DNA of 64,000 nt, taken from positions 44,743-108,742 of the IMG/VR virus record IMGVR_UViG_3300010356_000998; one strand, written 5' to 3'. The notes under the pieces were generated by a model, which was not told the origin of the DNA, did no database searches, and saw only the letters and a list, made by a program, of their open reading frames with translations. This document shows positions 45,986 through 56,545 of this stretch, piece by piece; within the stretch, counting starts at the first letter, position 1, and each line of letters starts with the position of its first letter. The stretch comes from a virus. Lineage: Duplodnaviria > Caudoviricetes. Made by a program: the position numbers and the translations under genes.

Positions 45986-48193
45986 ATGGCAATTTCAAGA
46001 ATTAATTTAGCAAAACAGCTCGCTAAATCTAGCACAATAGGTTCTATATTAGCAACCAATGGAGATAATGAGCTACAATACGTAGCCCCACCAACATCAA
46101 ATGTGTTATGGGGGTATGATCATGGAGAACTAGGTACTGTATATGTCAATATAGGTACAAACCTATCTTATGATGCTGTTAGTAATACATTAAGCGCATC
46201 CGCCGGTGCAGGTGGATATTCTGATGTTTTAAATGATGGTAGTGGTTTTACCAATTCAAACACAAATACCAAATTAAATTTTGTAGGATCTGCTTTACAG
46301 GCTTCCGATGGTGGTTCTGGAGAAACAGATATTACAATTGCAACTATTCTTAATACCATCGCTACTGATGGAGCTGTTACATTGTCAACATCTGTTACAG
46401 GAATACTTCCTGTAGGAAATGGGGGTACAGGAGCTAATTCTTTAACTGGTATTTTACAAGGTAATGGTGCATCTCCTGTAACCGCAATTACTGACTCTTC
46501 AACTGTTGGTCAAGTTCTCAGAGTAACTGGGGCTTCTACCTACGGATGGGGAGCTTTGGATTTAGCTGATGCCGATGCTGTAACCGGTATTTTATCTATT
46601 ACAAATGGAGGTACTGGTTCAGCTACTCAAAACTTTGTAGATTTATCTACTAACCAAAATTCTATTGGTGGCGATAAAACATTCACTGGAAATACAACTT
46701 TTTCTAATAATGTTGTAATTAATGGATCTCCATCTGCAAGCAATCATGCTGCTACTAAAGGATATGTAGATGATTTGCTTCATGGTCTTTCTTGGAAAGA
46801 TTCTGTTGACGTAGCTACCACTGCAAACATTACTCTTTCTGGCGAACAAACAATTGATGATGTATTAACATCTTCTTCTCGTGTGCTTGTTAAGAATCAA
46901 AATACTCCGGCTCAAAACGGTATTTATGTAACCGCTGCAGGAGCTTGGACCCGTGCTACAGATATGAATGCCTGGTCAGAAGTACCGGCTGCTGCAGTAT
47001 TTGTAGAAGCTGGTACGACACAGGCAGATACGGCTTGGGTTTGTACTTCCAACGATGGAGGAACTTTAGATACTACAGATATCACTTTCGTTAAGTTTAG
47101 TTCTGCATCTGGAGTGATTGATGGTTCAGGTACAGCTAATAGATTGACATGGTGGTCTGACACTGATACAGTTACCGCAGCAGCATCTTCTTACACAGAT
47201 GGTTCAGTGTTCGCATTAGGTACTACTTCGGCAGCTGCGTCTACAATCCTTACTACTAAAGGTACTGGTACAGGTTCTTCTACTTATGGTATACTTCACC
47301 AAACTTCAGGTGGTATTCAGGCATTTAGAGTAGCCGATGATGGAACATTACAAATAGGTACTGGAACTGATTTTCTACAAATCACTAAAGGGAAAATAAG
47401 TAGAACTTCGGAAATGCAAATAGCTCCATCACTAGCTACTTCTTCCATTCATCTTTTTAATGATGTAGCTGCTACTAATCCTGTAACTGAAGTGGTTAAA
47501 ATTTTTACTTCAGCTAGATCTTATACATCAGGTAATCAAATAGATTTATCTATAGGTTCTAATTATATACCAACAAGCGGTACTGGTACAATAACAGCAA
47601 TCAACATAGCAAATAGTATTAATCAGACAGGTGGTGCAAGTGGTATTACTAGAGGTATTCATATTAATCCTACTTTAACAGCAGCTGCCGATTATAGAGC
47701 TTTAGAGATTACAACTAACGCTTCTCAATATTCTATTTGGTCTACTGCGGGCAAAATTCGTTTTGATCTAGGATCAGATGCTACTGGTGATCTATATACT
47801 CGCGCATCTGGTGGCGAACTAGCAAGAATTGCAGCTGGTACTTCTGGATATGTACTTACATCTAATGGTGCAGGTGCGGCTCCTACTTATCAAGCTCTCC
47901 CAGCAACAGGTACTACTGTAACTAGAGCTTATATTATTGGATCAACCGCTGGTACTTTCGATCTTGATGCAAATACTGGTGTAGTAAAAGATCGCAATGG
48001 TAACAACGTAGCGTTTACTATTCCGACAGCTACTGACCAATTCTTTGTTTATCTTAATGGTCAATTATTACAGCAGGGTGGAACTGGTAACAATAGAGAT
48101 TACACTGTGGATACAGCAACTCATATTCTTACGCTGTCCGATAGTAGAACACTTGTTGCAACAGATGAATTAGTAGTAGTCAAATTTAGTTAA
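45986..48193 (+). CDS. tail fibre protein
   Basis: LPVGNGGTG repeats, HAATKGYVD, RVLVKNQ..QNGIY motifs. Confidence 0.72.
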   Translation: MAISRINLAKQLAKSSTIGSILATNGDNELQYVAPPTSNVLWGYDHGELGTVYVNIGTNLSYDAVSNTLSASAGAGGYSDVLNDGSGFTNSNTNTKLNFVGSALQASDGGSGETDITIATILNTIATDGAVTLSTSVTGILPVGNGGTGANSLTGILQGNGASPVTAITDSSTVGQVLRVTGASTYGWGALDLADADAVTGILSITNGGTGSATQNFVDLSTNQNSIGGDKTFTGNTTFSNNVVINGSPSASNHAATKGYVDDLLHGLSWKDSVDVATTANITLSGEQTIDDVLTSSSRVLVKNQNTPAQNGIYVTAAGAWTRATDMNAWSEVPAAAVFVEAGTTQADTAWVCTSNDGGTLDTTDITFVKFSSASGVIDGSGTANRLTWWSDTDTVTAAASSYTDGSVFALGTTSAAASTILTTKGTGTGSSTYGILHQTSGGIQAFRVADDGTLQIGTGTDFLQITKGKISRTSEMQIAPSLATSSIHLFNDVAATNPVTEVVKIFTSARSYTSGNQIDLSIGSNYIPTSGTGTITAINIANSINQTGGASGITRGIHINPTLTAAADYRALEITTNASQYSIWSTAGKIRFDLGSDATGDLYTRASGGELARIAAGTSGYVLTSNGAGAAPTYQALPATGTTVTRAYIIGSTAGTFDLDANTGVVKDRNGNNVAFTIPTATDQFFVYLNGQLLQQGGTGNNRDYTVDTATHILTLSDSRTLVATDELVVVKFS

Positions 48194-48213
48194 TAATTTA
48201 TAACTCGATCGAT

Positions 48214-48244
48214 GTGGGTGGTTGTTAACTAAATAATCACCCAC
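48214..48244 (+). terminator. hairpin, possible terminator
   Basis: GTGGGTG/CACCCAC inverted repeat. Confidence 0.5.
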
Positions 48245-48270
48245 TTAATTTATAAAATAAAAAACTAAAT

Positions 48271-50331
48271 ATGGCACAATCAAAATTAAGTCCTAGTCAA
48301 TTCACAAGTGGAAGATTGTCTGCCGATGTAGTCTTTACATTACAGGACTCTTCTTCTACTTTTCAAATAGATTATAGTACAGGTGGTCAACCAGCACTGT
48401 ATATACAAGAAAACGTTGCTAGCGGAATTTCGCTGCAAAATATAGATGGAACAGAACTATTAGGTGTTGATGATAATGGTATTACTTTTAGTAATAACGG
48501 AGCAGAGGTAATGCGTATAGAGGATAGAAACTTTCGTATGTTTGATTTAGATAAATCACACTATCTAAATTTAAAAGCTCCAGATACTATTACAACCAAC
48601 TTTACTTTAATTCTTCCAGATAATGATGGGGCTGCGGGACAGTATTTAAAAACTGATGGCTCTGGTGTTCTTTCTTGGGACACACCAGCAGGAGGAGGAT
48701 CTTCTTCAGGAGCGGCTGGAGCAGTTCAGTATTCTGATGGTTCCGGAGGATTTTCTGCTGAAGAAGCTAATTTCTTCTATGATTCTACTAAGAATCAGTT
48801 ACTATTAGCTAACAGTACAACTGGTAACTATCAATTAGAAATCGATTCTGATTTTGGAGGTATTCAAATATCACCAGTAACTACTGGATTATCTGGAGCT
48901 CTCAACGCAATTAATGTTACCGGTAGTGCTACTGGAAGTATGAATATAAATATTAGTAATACTAATACAGGATCTTCGGCAAACTCAAGATTACAGCTTT
49001 CTACAGCGGCTGCTGGGGGGGATCCTTTTACTAGTTTTAGCGTTGGAGATATTACTTATGTTGTAGGCACAGACAATTCAGATAATGATACTTTTAGGAT
49101 TGGTATAGGAACTAATCCTTCCTCAATGACGTCAAGCTCTATTAATATTAGAGGTAATAAAATAGGCGTATCTGGACAAACATCTCCTACAGCCGCGCTG
49201 CATTTACCAGCAGGGACAGCTTCTGCAGAATCAGCTCCGCTTAAATTTACTACTGGTACAGCTCTTACTACACCTGAAGATGGTGCTTTAGAGTACCACG
49301 GGTCTCATTTGTATTTTACAATTGGTTCTACCAGATATCAATTAGATCAACAAGCTGCTTCTATTTCAGATGGCGATAAAGGAGATATAACAGTATCATC
49401 AGGAGGCACGGTGTGGACTATTGATAATTTAGCTGTTACAGACGCTAAGATTAATGACGTTAGTGTTTCTAAATTAACTTCTGGTACTGTAGCGTCTACT
49501 TTAAGTTTAACATCCACAGCAAGCTCTAATATTAATTTAAAATATAATTCTGGAGTAAATGGTTTACAACTTAGCGATGGGCTCGGTCAAATAGTGTTAT
49601 CAAGCCCAGATGGAAATAAACAAGTAAATGCTAGTAATACATCCGTATCTATAATAGACGGTACAGCTAGTTGGGAATACGTTGGGGGAGTGATGCGTAT
49701 TTACGATTCCGATTCTACGCATTATATAGGTTTTCAAACTCCAGCCACAGGATCTTTAACAACTAGTTATACGTTAACATTTCCTACAACAGATGGTAAT
49801 GCTAACCAAGTTTTAACTACTGACGGTTCTGGTGTTCTTAGTTGGACTACACCCGCTACTGGAGATGTTGTAGGTCCAGGATCATCAGTTAATGATCGTA
49901 TTGTATTATTTGACGGCATTACTGGTAAATTAATAAAAGATGGAGGTAAAACTCTACCTGCTGGTTCAGTTGTAGGCACTTCTGATTCTCAAACACTAAC
50001 AGCTAAACGTATTGATCCTAGAGTAACATCTAATGCATCAGTAGCTTCACCGACGCCTGACGTAAGTACAACAGATATATACATACTTACTGCTCAAGCA
50101 GCAACAGCAAGTTTCCAAGTACCAACAGGCACACCAGTTCAAGGTACTAGATTATTAATAAGAATAAAAGATAACGGTACAACTAGAACATTAAATTGGG
50201 ATGCTATTTATCGTGGTATAGGAGTAAGTTTGCCATCAGCTACTGTAGCTTCTAAAACATTGTATTTAGGTTTTATATACAATTCTACTGATACTAAATG
50301 GGATTTAATAGCTTTAGCAGAACAAGCATAA
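48271..50331 (+). CDS. tail fibre protein
   Basis: Two TDGSGVLSW modules; DGDKGDITV; QTLTAKRI. Confidence 0.7.
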   Translation: MAQSKLSPSQFTSGRLSADVVFTLQDSSSTFQIDYSTGGQPALYIQENVASGISLQNIDGTELLGVDDNGITFSNNGAEVMRIEDRNFRMFDLDKSHYLNLKAPDTITTNFTLILPDNDGAAGQYLKTDGSGVLSWDTPAGGGSSSGAAGAVQYSDGSGGFSAEEANFFYDSTKNQLLLANSTTGNYQLEIDSDFGGIQISPVTTGLSGALNAINVTGSATGSMNINISNTNTGSSANSRLQLSTAAAGGDPFTSFSVGDITYVVGTDNSDNDTFRIGIGTNPSSMTSSSINIRGNKIGVSGQTSPTAALHLPAGTASAESAPLKFTTGTALTTPEDGALEYHGSHLYFTIGSTRYQLDQQAASISDGDKGDITVSSGGTVWTIDNLAVTDAKINDVSVSKLTSGTVASTLSLTSTASSNINLKYNSGVNGLQLSDGLGQIVLSSPDGNKQVNASNTSVSIIDGTASWEYVGGVMRIYDSDSTHYIGFQTPATGSLTTSYTLTFPTTDGNANQVLTTDGSGVLSWTTPATGDVVGPGSSVNDRIVLFDGITGKLIKDGGKTLPAGSVVGTSDSQTLTAKRIDPRVTSNASVASPTPDVSTTDIYILTAQAATASFQVPTGTPVQGTRLLIRIKDNGTTRTLNWDAIYRGIGVSLPSATVASKTLYLGFIYNSTDTKWDLIALAEQA

Positions 50332-50332
50332 T

Positions 50333-51037
50333 ATGGTACAACTATTTGAATCTAACGCAAGTTGGGTGGTTCCAAAAGGCTGCACTTCTGTTTATGTGGA
50401 AGTTTACGGAGCCGGAGGCGGCGGCGGCGGTGTAGAAGGAAATCCAGCTGCAGGAGGAGGAGGTGGGGGAGGGGCTTATGCTGCTTCTTTACTAACAGTT
50501 ACACCTGGGGATACTTATACTATTAACATAGGTGCTGGAGGTGCCGGCGGTTCTGCCCTTACTTCATGGAATGGTAATACTGGTGGAGCATCTTTTTTTA
50601 ACGGGCCGGGTGGTTTAGTTAGAGCTGCCGGTGGTCAAGGTGGTGTCGGTGCTATAGCAAACAATAGTTCTGGTGCTGGTGGAGCTGGTGGAAATACAGG
50701 TTCTGGAGATATTATTAATGCCGGTGGAAATGGAGCTAATGGATTACATGCCTCAGCCCCCGCTGGTGGCGGAGGTGGGGGCGGTATAACTGCTGGTGGA
50801 GCTGGCGGTAACCCAACTGGAGGAACTGGTGGAGATGGTTTAGGTGGAAATGGAGCCAATGGAGTAAATAATGCTACTGGGGCGGCTGCTGAAGCTACTT
50901 ATGGAAACTACGGCGGTGGCGGCGGAGGTTCTAGAGCAAATCTTAACGATACTAATAGAGCAGGGGGAGCTGGTAGACAAGGAGCCATCAGGCTTACATG
51001 GAATCAGTATGATTTTTTACCATTTATAAAAGATTAA
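50333..51037 (+). CDS. glycine-rich fibre-associated protein
   Basis: WVVPKG..V.VEVYGAGGGGG glycine-rich domain. Confidence 0.7.
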   Translation: MVQLFESNASWVVPKGCTSVYVEVYGAGGGGGGVEGNPAAGGGGGGGAYAASLLTVTPGDTYTINIGAGGAGGSALTSWNGNTGGASFFNGPGGLVRAAGGQGGVGAIANNSSGAGGAGGNTGSGDIINAGGNGANGLHASAPAGGGGGGGITAGGAGGNPTGGTGGDGLGGNGANGVNNATGAAAEATYGNYGGGGGGSRANLNDTNRAGGAGRQGAIRLTWNQYDFLPFIKD

Positions 51038-51040
51038 AAT

Positions 51041-51460
51041 ATGTGGACTACAAAAATAACAAGTGTACTAAAAAATAAATTAACGTTAGATTATACCGTA
51101 GAGTTTTATAAAGACGGTATACTAAGAGAAACTTTTGTATTTAAAAATGTGTCAAAACCAGAGTCTATAAAAAGATTGATATACGATCAATTAAACCAGT
51201 ATAAAAAACTAGATGAAACTCCTATTGAAACAGGAGATGTAGATCTAACTGTGTTTGACCCTAAAGATCCGGAAGAAGTAGTTCTTACTCCAGAGCAAAT
51301 TGCATATAATGATTATGTAACAAAGTTTCATACTTTTCGTAAGCTTAGATTAGCTATAGAACTTGGGCTCATTACTGATACAAATCAAAGGTATGAAAAT
51401 CTTTTAAAGTATCTAAAGACAAACTTTGATCCAAATCTCCATTTGGATTTATTAAATTAA
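51041..51460 (+). CDS. hypothetical protein
   Basis: 139 aa ORF. Confidence 0.6.
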   Translation: MWTTKITSVLKNKLTLDYTVEFYKDGILRETFVFKNVSKPESIKRLIYDQLNQYKKLDETPIETGDVDLTVFDPKDPEEVVLTPEQIAYNDYVTKFHTFRKLRLAIELGLITDTNQRYENLLKYLKTNFDPNLHLDLLN

Positions 51461-51466
51461 TCTAGT

Positions 51467-52516
51467 ATGGCATATCTACAATATAGAGAGATAACCATAG
51501 ACCATTTAGAAGTACCTAACACAGACCAGACAGATTTCCCAGTATTAATTTCAGGAACCTACAGTTACTTGGCAACAATAGCTAATGGTGGTAAGGTAAA
51601 TAGCAGTAACGGATACGATATTGCTTTTTATGCAGACTCTGGTTTAACTGATCAACTTTCGCATGAAGTAGAGAGTTATAATGCTACTACAGGAGAAGTA
51701 ATTTTTTGGGTAAAAGTTCCTACTGTTTCTCACTCTGTAGATACCACTATTTATCTTGCATATGGTAATGTAGACATAAGTACATCTCAAGAAAACATAA
51801 ATGATGTATGGTCAAATAACTTTAGAGAAGTTTTTCATATAAAAGATGGTACAACTTTAATAATAGAAGATTCTACATCATTAGGTAATGATCCAGGAAG
51901 TGTAGCAAGTTTATCAGCTGTCAATGCCAAAATAGGCGGTGGTGCTTCTAGTGGGGTTAATTCGATAGCAAATGGATTTAGTAGTAATCTTTCACCATCT
52001 GGAAATAGTAGAACAATAACCGCATGGGTAAAAAGAGATAATTCTACAAGAGGAGGTATTATTAGTACAAGACCTGCAAACGGAACTCAAGGTTGGGTAT
52101 TTACAATTAACTTTGGTAATGTAGCGGGACGGATTACATACTTTAATACAGGGGGTGCAATAGTAAATATAACTAGTAGCTTGGCTCGAGATACTTGGGG
52201 TTACGTTACGGCTACTTGGGATGGTACTGAAGCTGAGGTATTTTTAAATGGAACTTCATTAGGGACAGCGACTGGTAATTCAGATAATGCTTCTGGTATA
52301 AATGGGCAAATATTTTGCGAGACTACTTTTGGAGGAGTTCAACATCCCTTAAGAGGAGATCTGGATGAAGTAAGGATAGCTCACACTATTAGAAGTTCTG
52401 ACTGGTTAACAACAGAATATAATAATCAAAACAATCCGTCAAAATTTTACAGAATCGGTGCAGAAATACCGATAAGTGTGGCTGAAACTAACTTTATGTT
52501 TTGGTTTACATTTTAA
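51467..52516 (+). CDS. DUF2341 + LamG/ConA-like lectin domain protein
   Basis: TDFPVLI, GYDIAF, WVKVP, IYLAYGN; TITAWVK...GDLDEVRI. Confidence 0.75.
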   Translation: MAYLQYREITIDHLEVPNTDQTDFPVLISGTYSYLATIANGGKVNSSNGYDIAFYADSGLTDQLSHEVESYNATTGEVIFWVKVPTVSHSVDTTIYLAYGNVDISTSQENINDVWSNNFREVFHIKDGTTLIIEDSTSLGNDPGSVASLSAVNAKIGGGASSGVNSIANGFSSNLSPSGNSRTITAWVKRDNSTRGGIISTRPANGTQGWVFTINFGNVAGRITYFNTGGAIVNITSSLARDTWGYVTATWDGTEAEVFLNGTSLGTATGNSDNASGINGQIFCETTFGGVQHPLRGDLDEVRIAHTIRSSDWLTTEYNNQNNPSKFYRIGAEIPISVAETNFMFWFTF

Positions 52517-52569
52517 TAATCATTAATCAATTATCTTTGTAAAGATAAGGACAAAACCTTAGAATATAT

Positions 52570-52863
52570 ATGAAACCTACAGAAATTAATTTAACACTTT
52601 CAGTAGTCAATGTATTAAAAACATTCGACACAGAGTTAAAACAATTAAATGAGAAAATGAATAATCTTAGAATTAAAGCTAATGATTTACTTATTGGTAT
52701 AGCATTAAATAATAATATTGATTTAGAAAATAATAAAATGACATTAGCTCCAGATTATTCAAAATTAATATTCGAACCAGTTAATAAACAAGAAGAAGAA
52801 ACTACTGAAGACAAACTTAAAAAAGTAAAACCAAAGGCTACGAAAAGAGCTCTATCTGAATGA
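52570..52863 (+). CDS. hypothetical protein
   Basis: 97 aa ORF after a TATCTTTG element. Confidence 0.55.
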   Translation: MKPTEINLTLSVVNVLKTFDTELKQLNEKMNNLRIKANDLLIGIALNNNIDLENNKMTLAPDYSKLIFEPVNKQEEETTEDKLKKVKPKATKRALSE

Positions 52864-52878
52864 TGGGGCTCTTTTTTT
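52843..52878 (+). terminator. intrinsic terminator
   Basis: GAGCTCT/GGGGCTC hairpin plus T7. Confidence 0.65.
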
Positions 52879-52911
52879 AATACCCCTCTAAAACTTAAAG
52901 TTTGTTATATT

Positions 52912-53427
52912 ATGGAAAACACGCTCGATATGCTCAAATCTTATTTATTTTCTTTATTCACAACTTTAAAAAATTCTTTTATTTCTGCAGCTAGTGTATT
53001 TACTGCTTTCGTAGCTCCCATAGGGGATTTACTATTTTTTGTATGCTTCTTAATATTGATTGATTTTATAACAGGCGTTACTGCAGCTAAATATAAAGGT
53101 GAAATAAGAACTTCTGGTAAAATGATAAAGTCAGCTTATAAAATGTTTTTTTATACTTCATTATTAATGGTTATGCATTCTTTCGACCATTTTGTTGAAA
53201 TGAATTTTAAACCTAATTTACTTAATGTAATAGTAGGAGATGAAGGTGTAGAAACAGTAAATCAATTTAAATTCTTAGCTGCTTTAGCATTTTTATTAAT
53301 TGTTAGAGAACTTAAATCAATAGATGAAAATTGGAATTTTATTTTTGGATGGAGTTTTATTAATCATGCCAGTGTTATATATGATAAAGTGATAAACATA
53401 ATTACATTAATAAAATCAAAAAAATGA
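52912..53427 (+). CDS. phage holin
   Basis: LILIDFITGV...S.KM..S..K...ELKSIDEN pattern; several TM segments. Confidence 0.75.
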   Translation: MENTLDMLKSYLFSLFTTLKNSFISAASVFTAFVAPIGDLLFFVCFLILIDFITGVTAAKYKGEIRTSGKMIKSAYKMFFYTSLLMVMHSFDHFVEMNFKPNLLNVIVGDEGVETVNQFKFLAALAFLLIVRELKSIDENWNFIFGWSFINHASVIYDKVINIITLIKSKK

Positions 53428-53942
53428 AAAATTTTGCAATTAAAATTTTACTCAATGCTTTAGCATTATTTTCAGAAATTGTTATTTCTAGAATTAATGT
53501 AGAATGGGTTAAAAAAACTTTAGATCTTACTATTAAAAGATTAAAGTTGTTTGGAGAAGCACTTACTGACAATGATCCTAATGATAAAGATCAAATAGAA
53601 TTGATCGCAAAACAAACATTAATGTCAGAAGAATTTCAAGCTCTTGAAAAACATATTACTTTAGAAATAGTAAAACAAATACCAAATGAAAAATTAGGTA
53701 ATCTTTTATTACAAACTGATGATCTTAGATTAAGATTCTTTGCTTTACTTGGGGATGAAAATCCTGAAAATAAAGAACAAATAAAAGATATGTTTGAACA
53801 ATTTATCAAATCAGAAGAGTTTGATACTGTTGTAATTAATCTTACAGAATTACTTGTTGAAAAATACGCTAAAAATGAAGCTGCTAAACAATTCATTATA
53901 GCTATGGTTACAAGTCTGGTAAATTCAGACGATAACAATTAA
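53424..53942 (+). CDS. hypothetical protein with an internal duplication
   Basis: LFGEALTDNDPNDKDQI repeated as FFALLGDENPENKEQI. Confidence 0.6.
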   Translation: MKNFAIKILLNALALFSEIVISRINVEWVKKTLDLTIKRLKLFGEALTDNDPNDKDQIELIAKQTLMSEEFQALEKHITLEIVKQIPNEKLGNLLLQTDDLRLRFFALLGDENPENKEQIKDMFEQFIKSEEFDTVVINLTELLVEKYAKNEAAKQFIIAMVTSLVNSDDNN

Positions 53943-53971
53943 TATAAATAAGCATGGGTTAGAAATAGCTC

Positions 53972-54511
53972 ATGCTTATTTTTAATATTTTTATTATGCA
54001 ATTAACAATATCTCAAGATTATACAGATATTACTTTTACCCACAGTGTTTTAAAACAAGGAGATGTTTCTACTCTTTCTTTAAGATATAAAAAAAATTGT
54101 GGAACTTTACAAACAGTTAACGTTACTTCTAAAATAGGAACTATAATAGATGCTACAACCAGTATAACTTTAAATGTTTCAGATATAATATCTGGGAAAA
54201 CAATATTTGATGATGGGGTTTATTATTTTGAACTTATAGTCGGTGGTCCAGATGTTCCACCAGATAATGTTCCTGGTACTTATTTTTTAAAAGGATGTAT
54301 TTATATAGGGACTACGAGTAGATGTAAAGCATTATGTCTTTATGAAACATCTGAAAATGAATTATTGCTTTATTTAATTAAAGCATTAGATTTAGTAAAT
54401 GATTGTGATGAATGTGATTGTTCAACACAATGCGAACTGTACGATTATTTAATAACATTATTAACCACAAAAACAACAGACAATGTGTATAAATCCTGCG
54501 GATGTGACTGA
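53972..54511 (+). CDS. Cys-rich putative virion protein
   Basis: C-terminal CDECDC...CGCD. Confidence 0.55.
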   Translation: MLIFNIFIMQLTISQDYTDITFTHSVLKQGDVSTLSLRYKKNCGTLQTVNVTSKIGTIIDATTSITLNVSDIISGKTIFDDGVYYFELIVGGPDVPPDNVPGTYFLKGCIYIGTTSRCKALCLYETSENELLLYLIKALDLVNDCDECDCSTQCELYDYLITLLTTKTTDNVYKSCGCD

Positions 54512-54725
54512 AGTTAAATGTTTGTTTTACAATGAAGTATTATCTCAAATACAATCTAACACATACGGTATAGAATGTGGAGACGATCCGTTATCTACCG
54601 CTAGGAAACTATATAATCATATAATCTTTCAATGTTATTCTAATGATTATATTAGAAATTTAGTTTTAGATAATGATCTTGAATTATGTGAAAGAGATAC
54701 TTATGTTGAAGGATTATTAGAGTAA
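54483..54725 (+). CDS. hypothetical protein
   Basis: 80 aa ORF. Confidence 0.5.
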   Translation: MCINPADVTEVKCLFYNEVLSQIQSNTYGIECGDDPLSTARKLYNHIIFQCYSNDYIRNLVLDNDLELCERDTYVEGLLE

Positions 54726-54761
54726 TCATCTAAATCGTACCTTTGCATAAATAATAACATT

Positions 54762-55667
54762 ATGCAAAAAGATTTAATTAAACATTTAACAGAAAAAGGA
54801 AAAACTCATGACTGGAGAAAACTTGCTGATATGTATGGTATATTATCTGATTTACCTGATACTTATCAAACTAGAAAGAAAAAATGTGATTATGTAAGAA
54901 GATTGTATTACAAATTACAAAAAGAAAAACCAGTCACAACTTCTCAAAATTCTTCTCTTATTGAAGAGTTTAAAACTTTTATAAGATACAATAAACCAGT
55001 AAAAAATTATAAAAGTTATGATAACGGAAATCCTGAAAATATACTGGTTATTGGAGACACTCATATTCCTTACCACGATCCTAATTATTTAGAGTTCTGT
55101 ATAGGTCTTCAAAAGAAATGGGATTGTGGTAAAATAATACACATCGGAGATATTTTAGATTTTCAGTCTACTACTTATCACACACCTCATCCCGATGGTC
55201 TTTCCCCTTATTATGAACTTGAAATTTCAAAATTAGAAATTGAAAACTGGAAAAAAGCTTTTCCAAACATGACAGTTATTATGGGTAATCATGATAGAAG
55301 AATATCCAGAAAGTTATTTGATAGTCAAATAAGTTCTCAATGGCAATTTTCACTTAAACAAATTTTAAATGTTGATTGGGATTTTGTTGTTGATTATGAA
55401 TATAATAATATTTACTTTTGTCATGGAGAGGGTACAACAGCTAGAGTTACTGCTTTACAAAAGCAATTATCTGTTGTACAAGGACATAGGCATAGTGAAA
55501 GTTATATAGATTATCCTGCAAAAAATTTATTTGCTGTTCAATGTCCGATTGGTATTGATAGAAAAGCATTAGCTTTTGAGTATGCTAGAACGGATACTAA
55601 AGAATGGCTTTTAGGAGCAACTGTAATATTAAATTCTAAAACACCTATAATTGAAAAAATGTCATGA
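54762..55667 (+). CDS. calcineurin-like metallophosphoesterase
   Basis: GDTH, GDILD, GNHD, HG, GHRH motifs. Confidence 0.88.
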   Translation: MQKDLIKHLTEKGKTHDWRKLADMYGILSDLPDTYQTRKKKCDYVRRLYYKLQKEKPVTTSQNSSLIEEFKTFIRYNKPVKNYKSYDNGNPENILVIGDTHIPYHDPNYLEFCIGLQKKWDCGKIIHIGDILDFQSTTYHTPHPDGLSPYYELEISKLEIENWKKAFPNMTVIMGNHDRRISRKLFDSQISSQWQFSLKQILNVDWDFVVDYEYNNIYFCHGEGTTARVTALQKQLSVVQGHRHSESYIDYPAKNLFAVQCPIGIDRKALAFEYARTDTKEWLLGATVILNSKTPIIEKMS

Positions 55668-56545
55668 TATTAGATTTTTATAAGAACTTTCAAAACATAC
55701 AATATATTGATGATTCTCACCTGTATTATGATTCTGATACGGGTGAGAGTCTAATTTCAGTAACTACTTTATTAAAGAAATTAAAACCTCCTTTTGAATC
55801 TATATTTTGGGCTTGTTATACTTCTTTAAAAAGAAGTGGCTTTGAGAATATTAGACCTATGAAACCATATAAAATAATGATAGATGGAGCCATCTATGAT
55901 ATAGATGATATTAAATTATGGGATCTTTCTTTTACATACAAAGATGTATTAAAAGAGTGGGATATTAAATCAAAAATAGGATCTACATTAGGGACGTTTT
56001 TACATAATAGTATTGAAAATAAAATACATAGAAAAGAGCTAAGTCAACCTATACCATTGTTTGTTAGTAGTTTACCTGCTTTGGAAGCTGTTAAATATAT
56101 GAATACTAGAAACACATTAGGTGTATTAGCTAATGATTTTTATAATACAATGATAGATAGATATGTTCCTTTATTATCTGAATTTGTTATAGGAGACGCT
56201 GATTTAAAAATAGCTGGTACATTTGATCTAATTGTATTAGATAAAGAAACCAATAAAATTGAATTATGGGATTTTAAAACAGATAAGGAAATAAAGACTC
56301 AATCAGATTATGGAAATAAAATAAAATATTTTGACGTAGATGATTGTGAATTAAACAAATATAGTTTACAATTAGGTATATATAAATATTTAATAGAAAG
56401 AAATACTAAAATAAATATATCTAAATGTAAGATTATTCATTTTTCTTCTAAAGCTCAAACATATACTGTTTATGATACTTTAGATTATCATGATAAAATA
56501 AAAGAATTTTTTGAAGATGACAACAATAAATCAATATATCTCTGA
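55664..56545 (+). CDS. PD-(D/E)XK exonuclease (RecB/Cas4-like)
   Basis: SVTT, GTFLH, AGTFD, WDFKT, YSLQLGIY motifs. Confidence 0.82.
   Translation: MILDFYKNFQNIQYIDDSHLYYDSDTGESLISVTTLLKKLKPPFESIFWACYTSLKRSGFENIRPMKPYKIMIDGAIYDIDDIKLWDLSFTYKDVLKEWDIKSKIGSTLGTFLHNSIENKIHRKELSQPIPLFVSSLPALEAVKYMNTRNTLGVLANDFYNTMIDRYVPLLSEFVIGDADLKIAGTFDLIVLDKETNKIELWDFKTDKEIKTQSDYGNKIKYFDVDDCELNKYSLQLGIYKYLIERNTKINISKCKIIHFSSKAQTYTVYDTLDYHDKIKEFFEDDNNKSIYL

Noticed and set aside
43411-52516. Diversity-generating retroelement targeting the fibre genes
   Set aside because: No reverse transcriptase and no adenine-mismatched template/variable repeat pair was seen in this window
38627-53938. Antisense ORFs in the track (38627, 39389, 42169, 42387, 43047, 46924, 50635, 53636 and others)
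   Set aside because: They lie opposite well-supported genes and reflect codon bias
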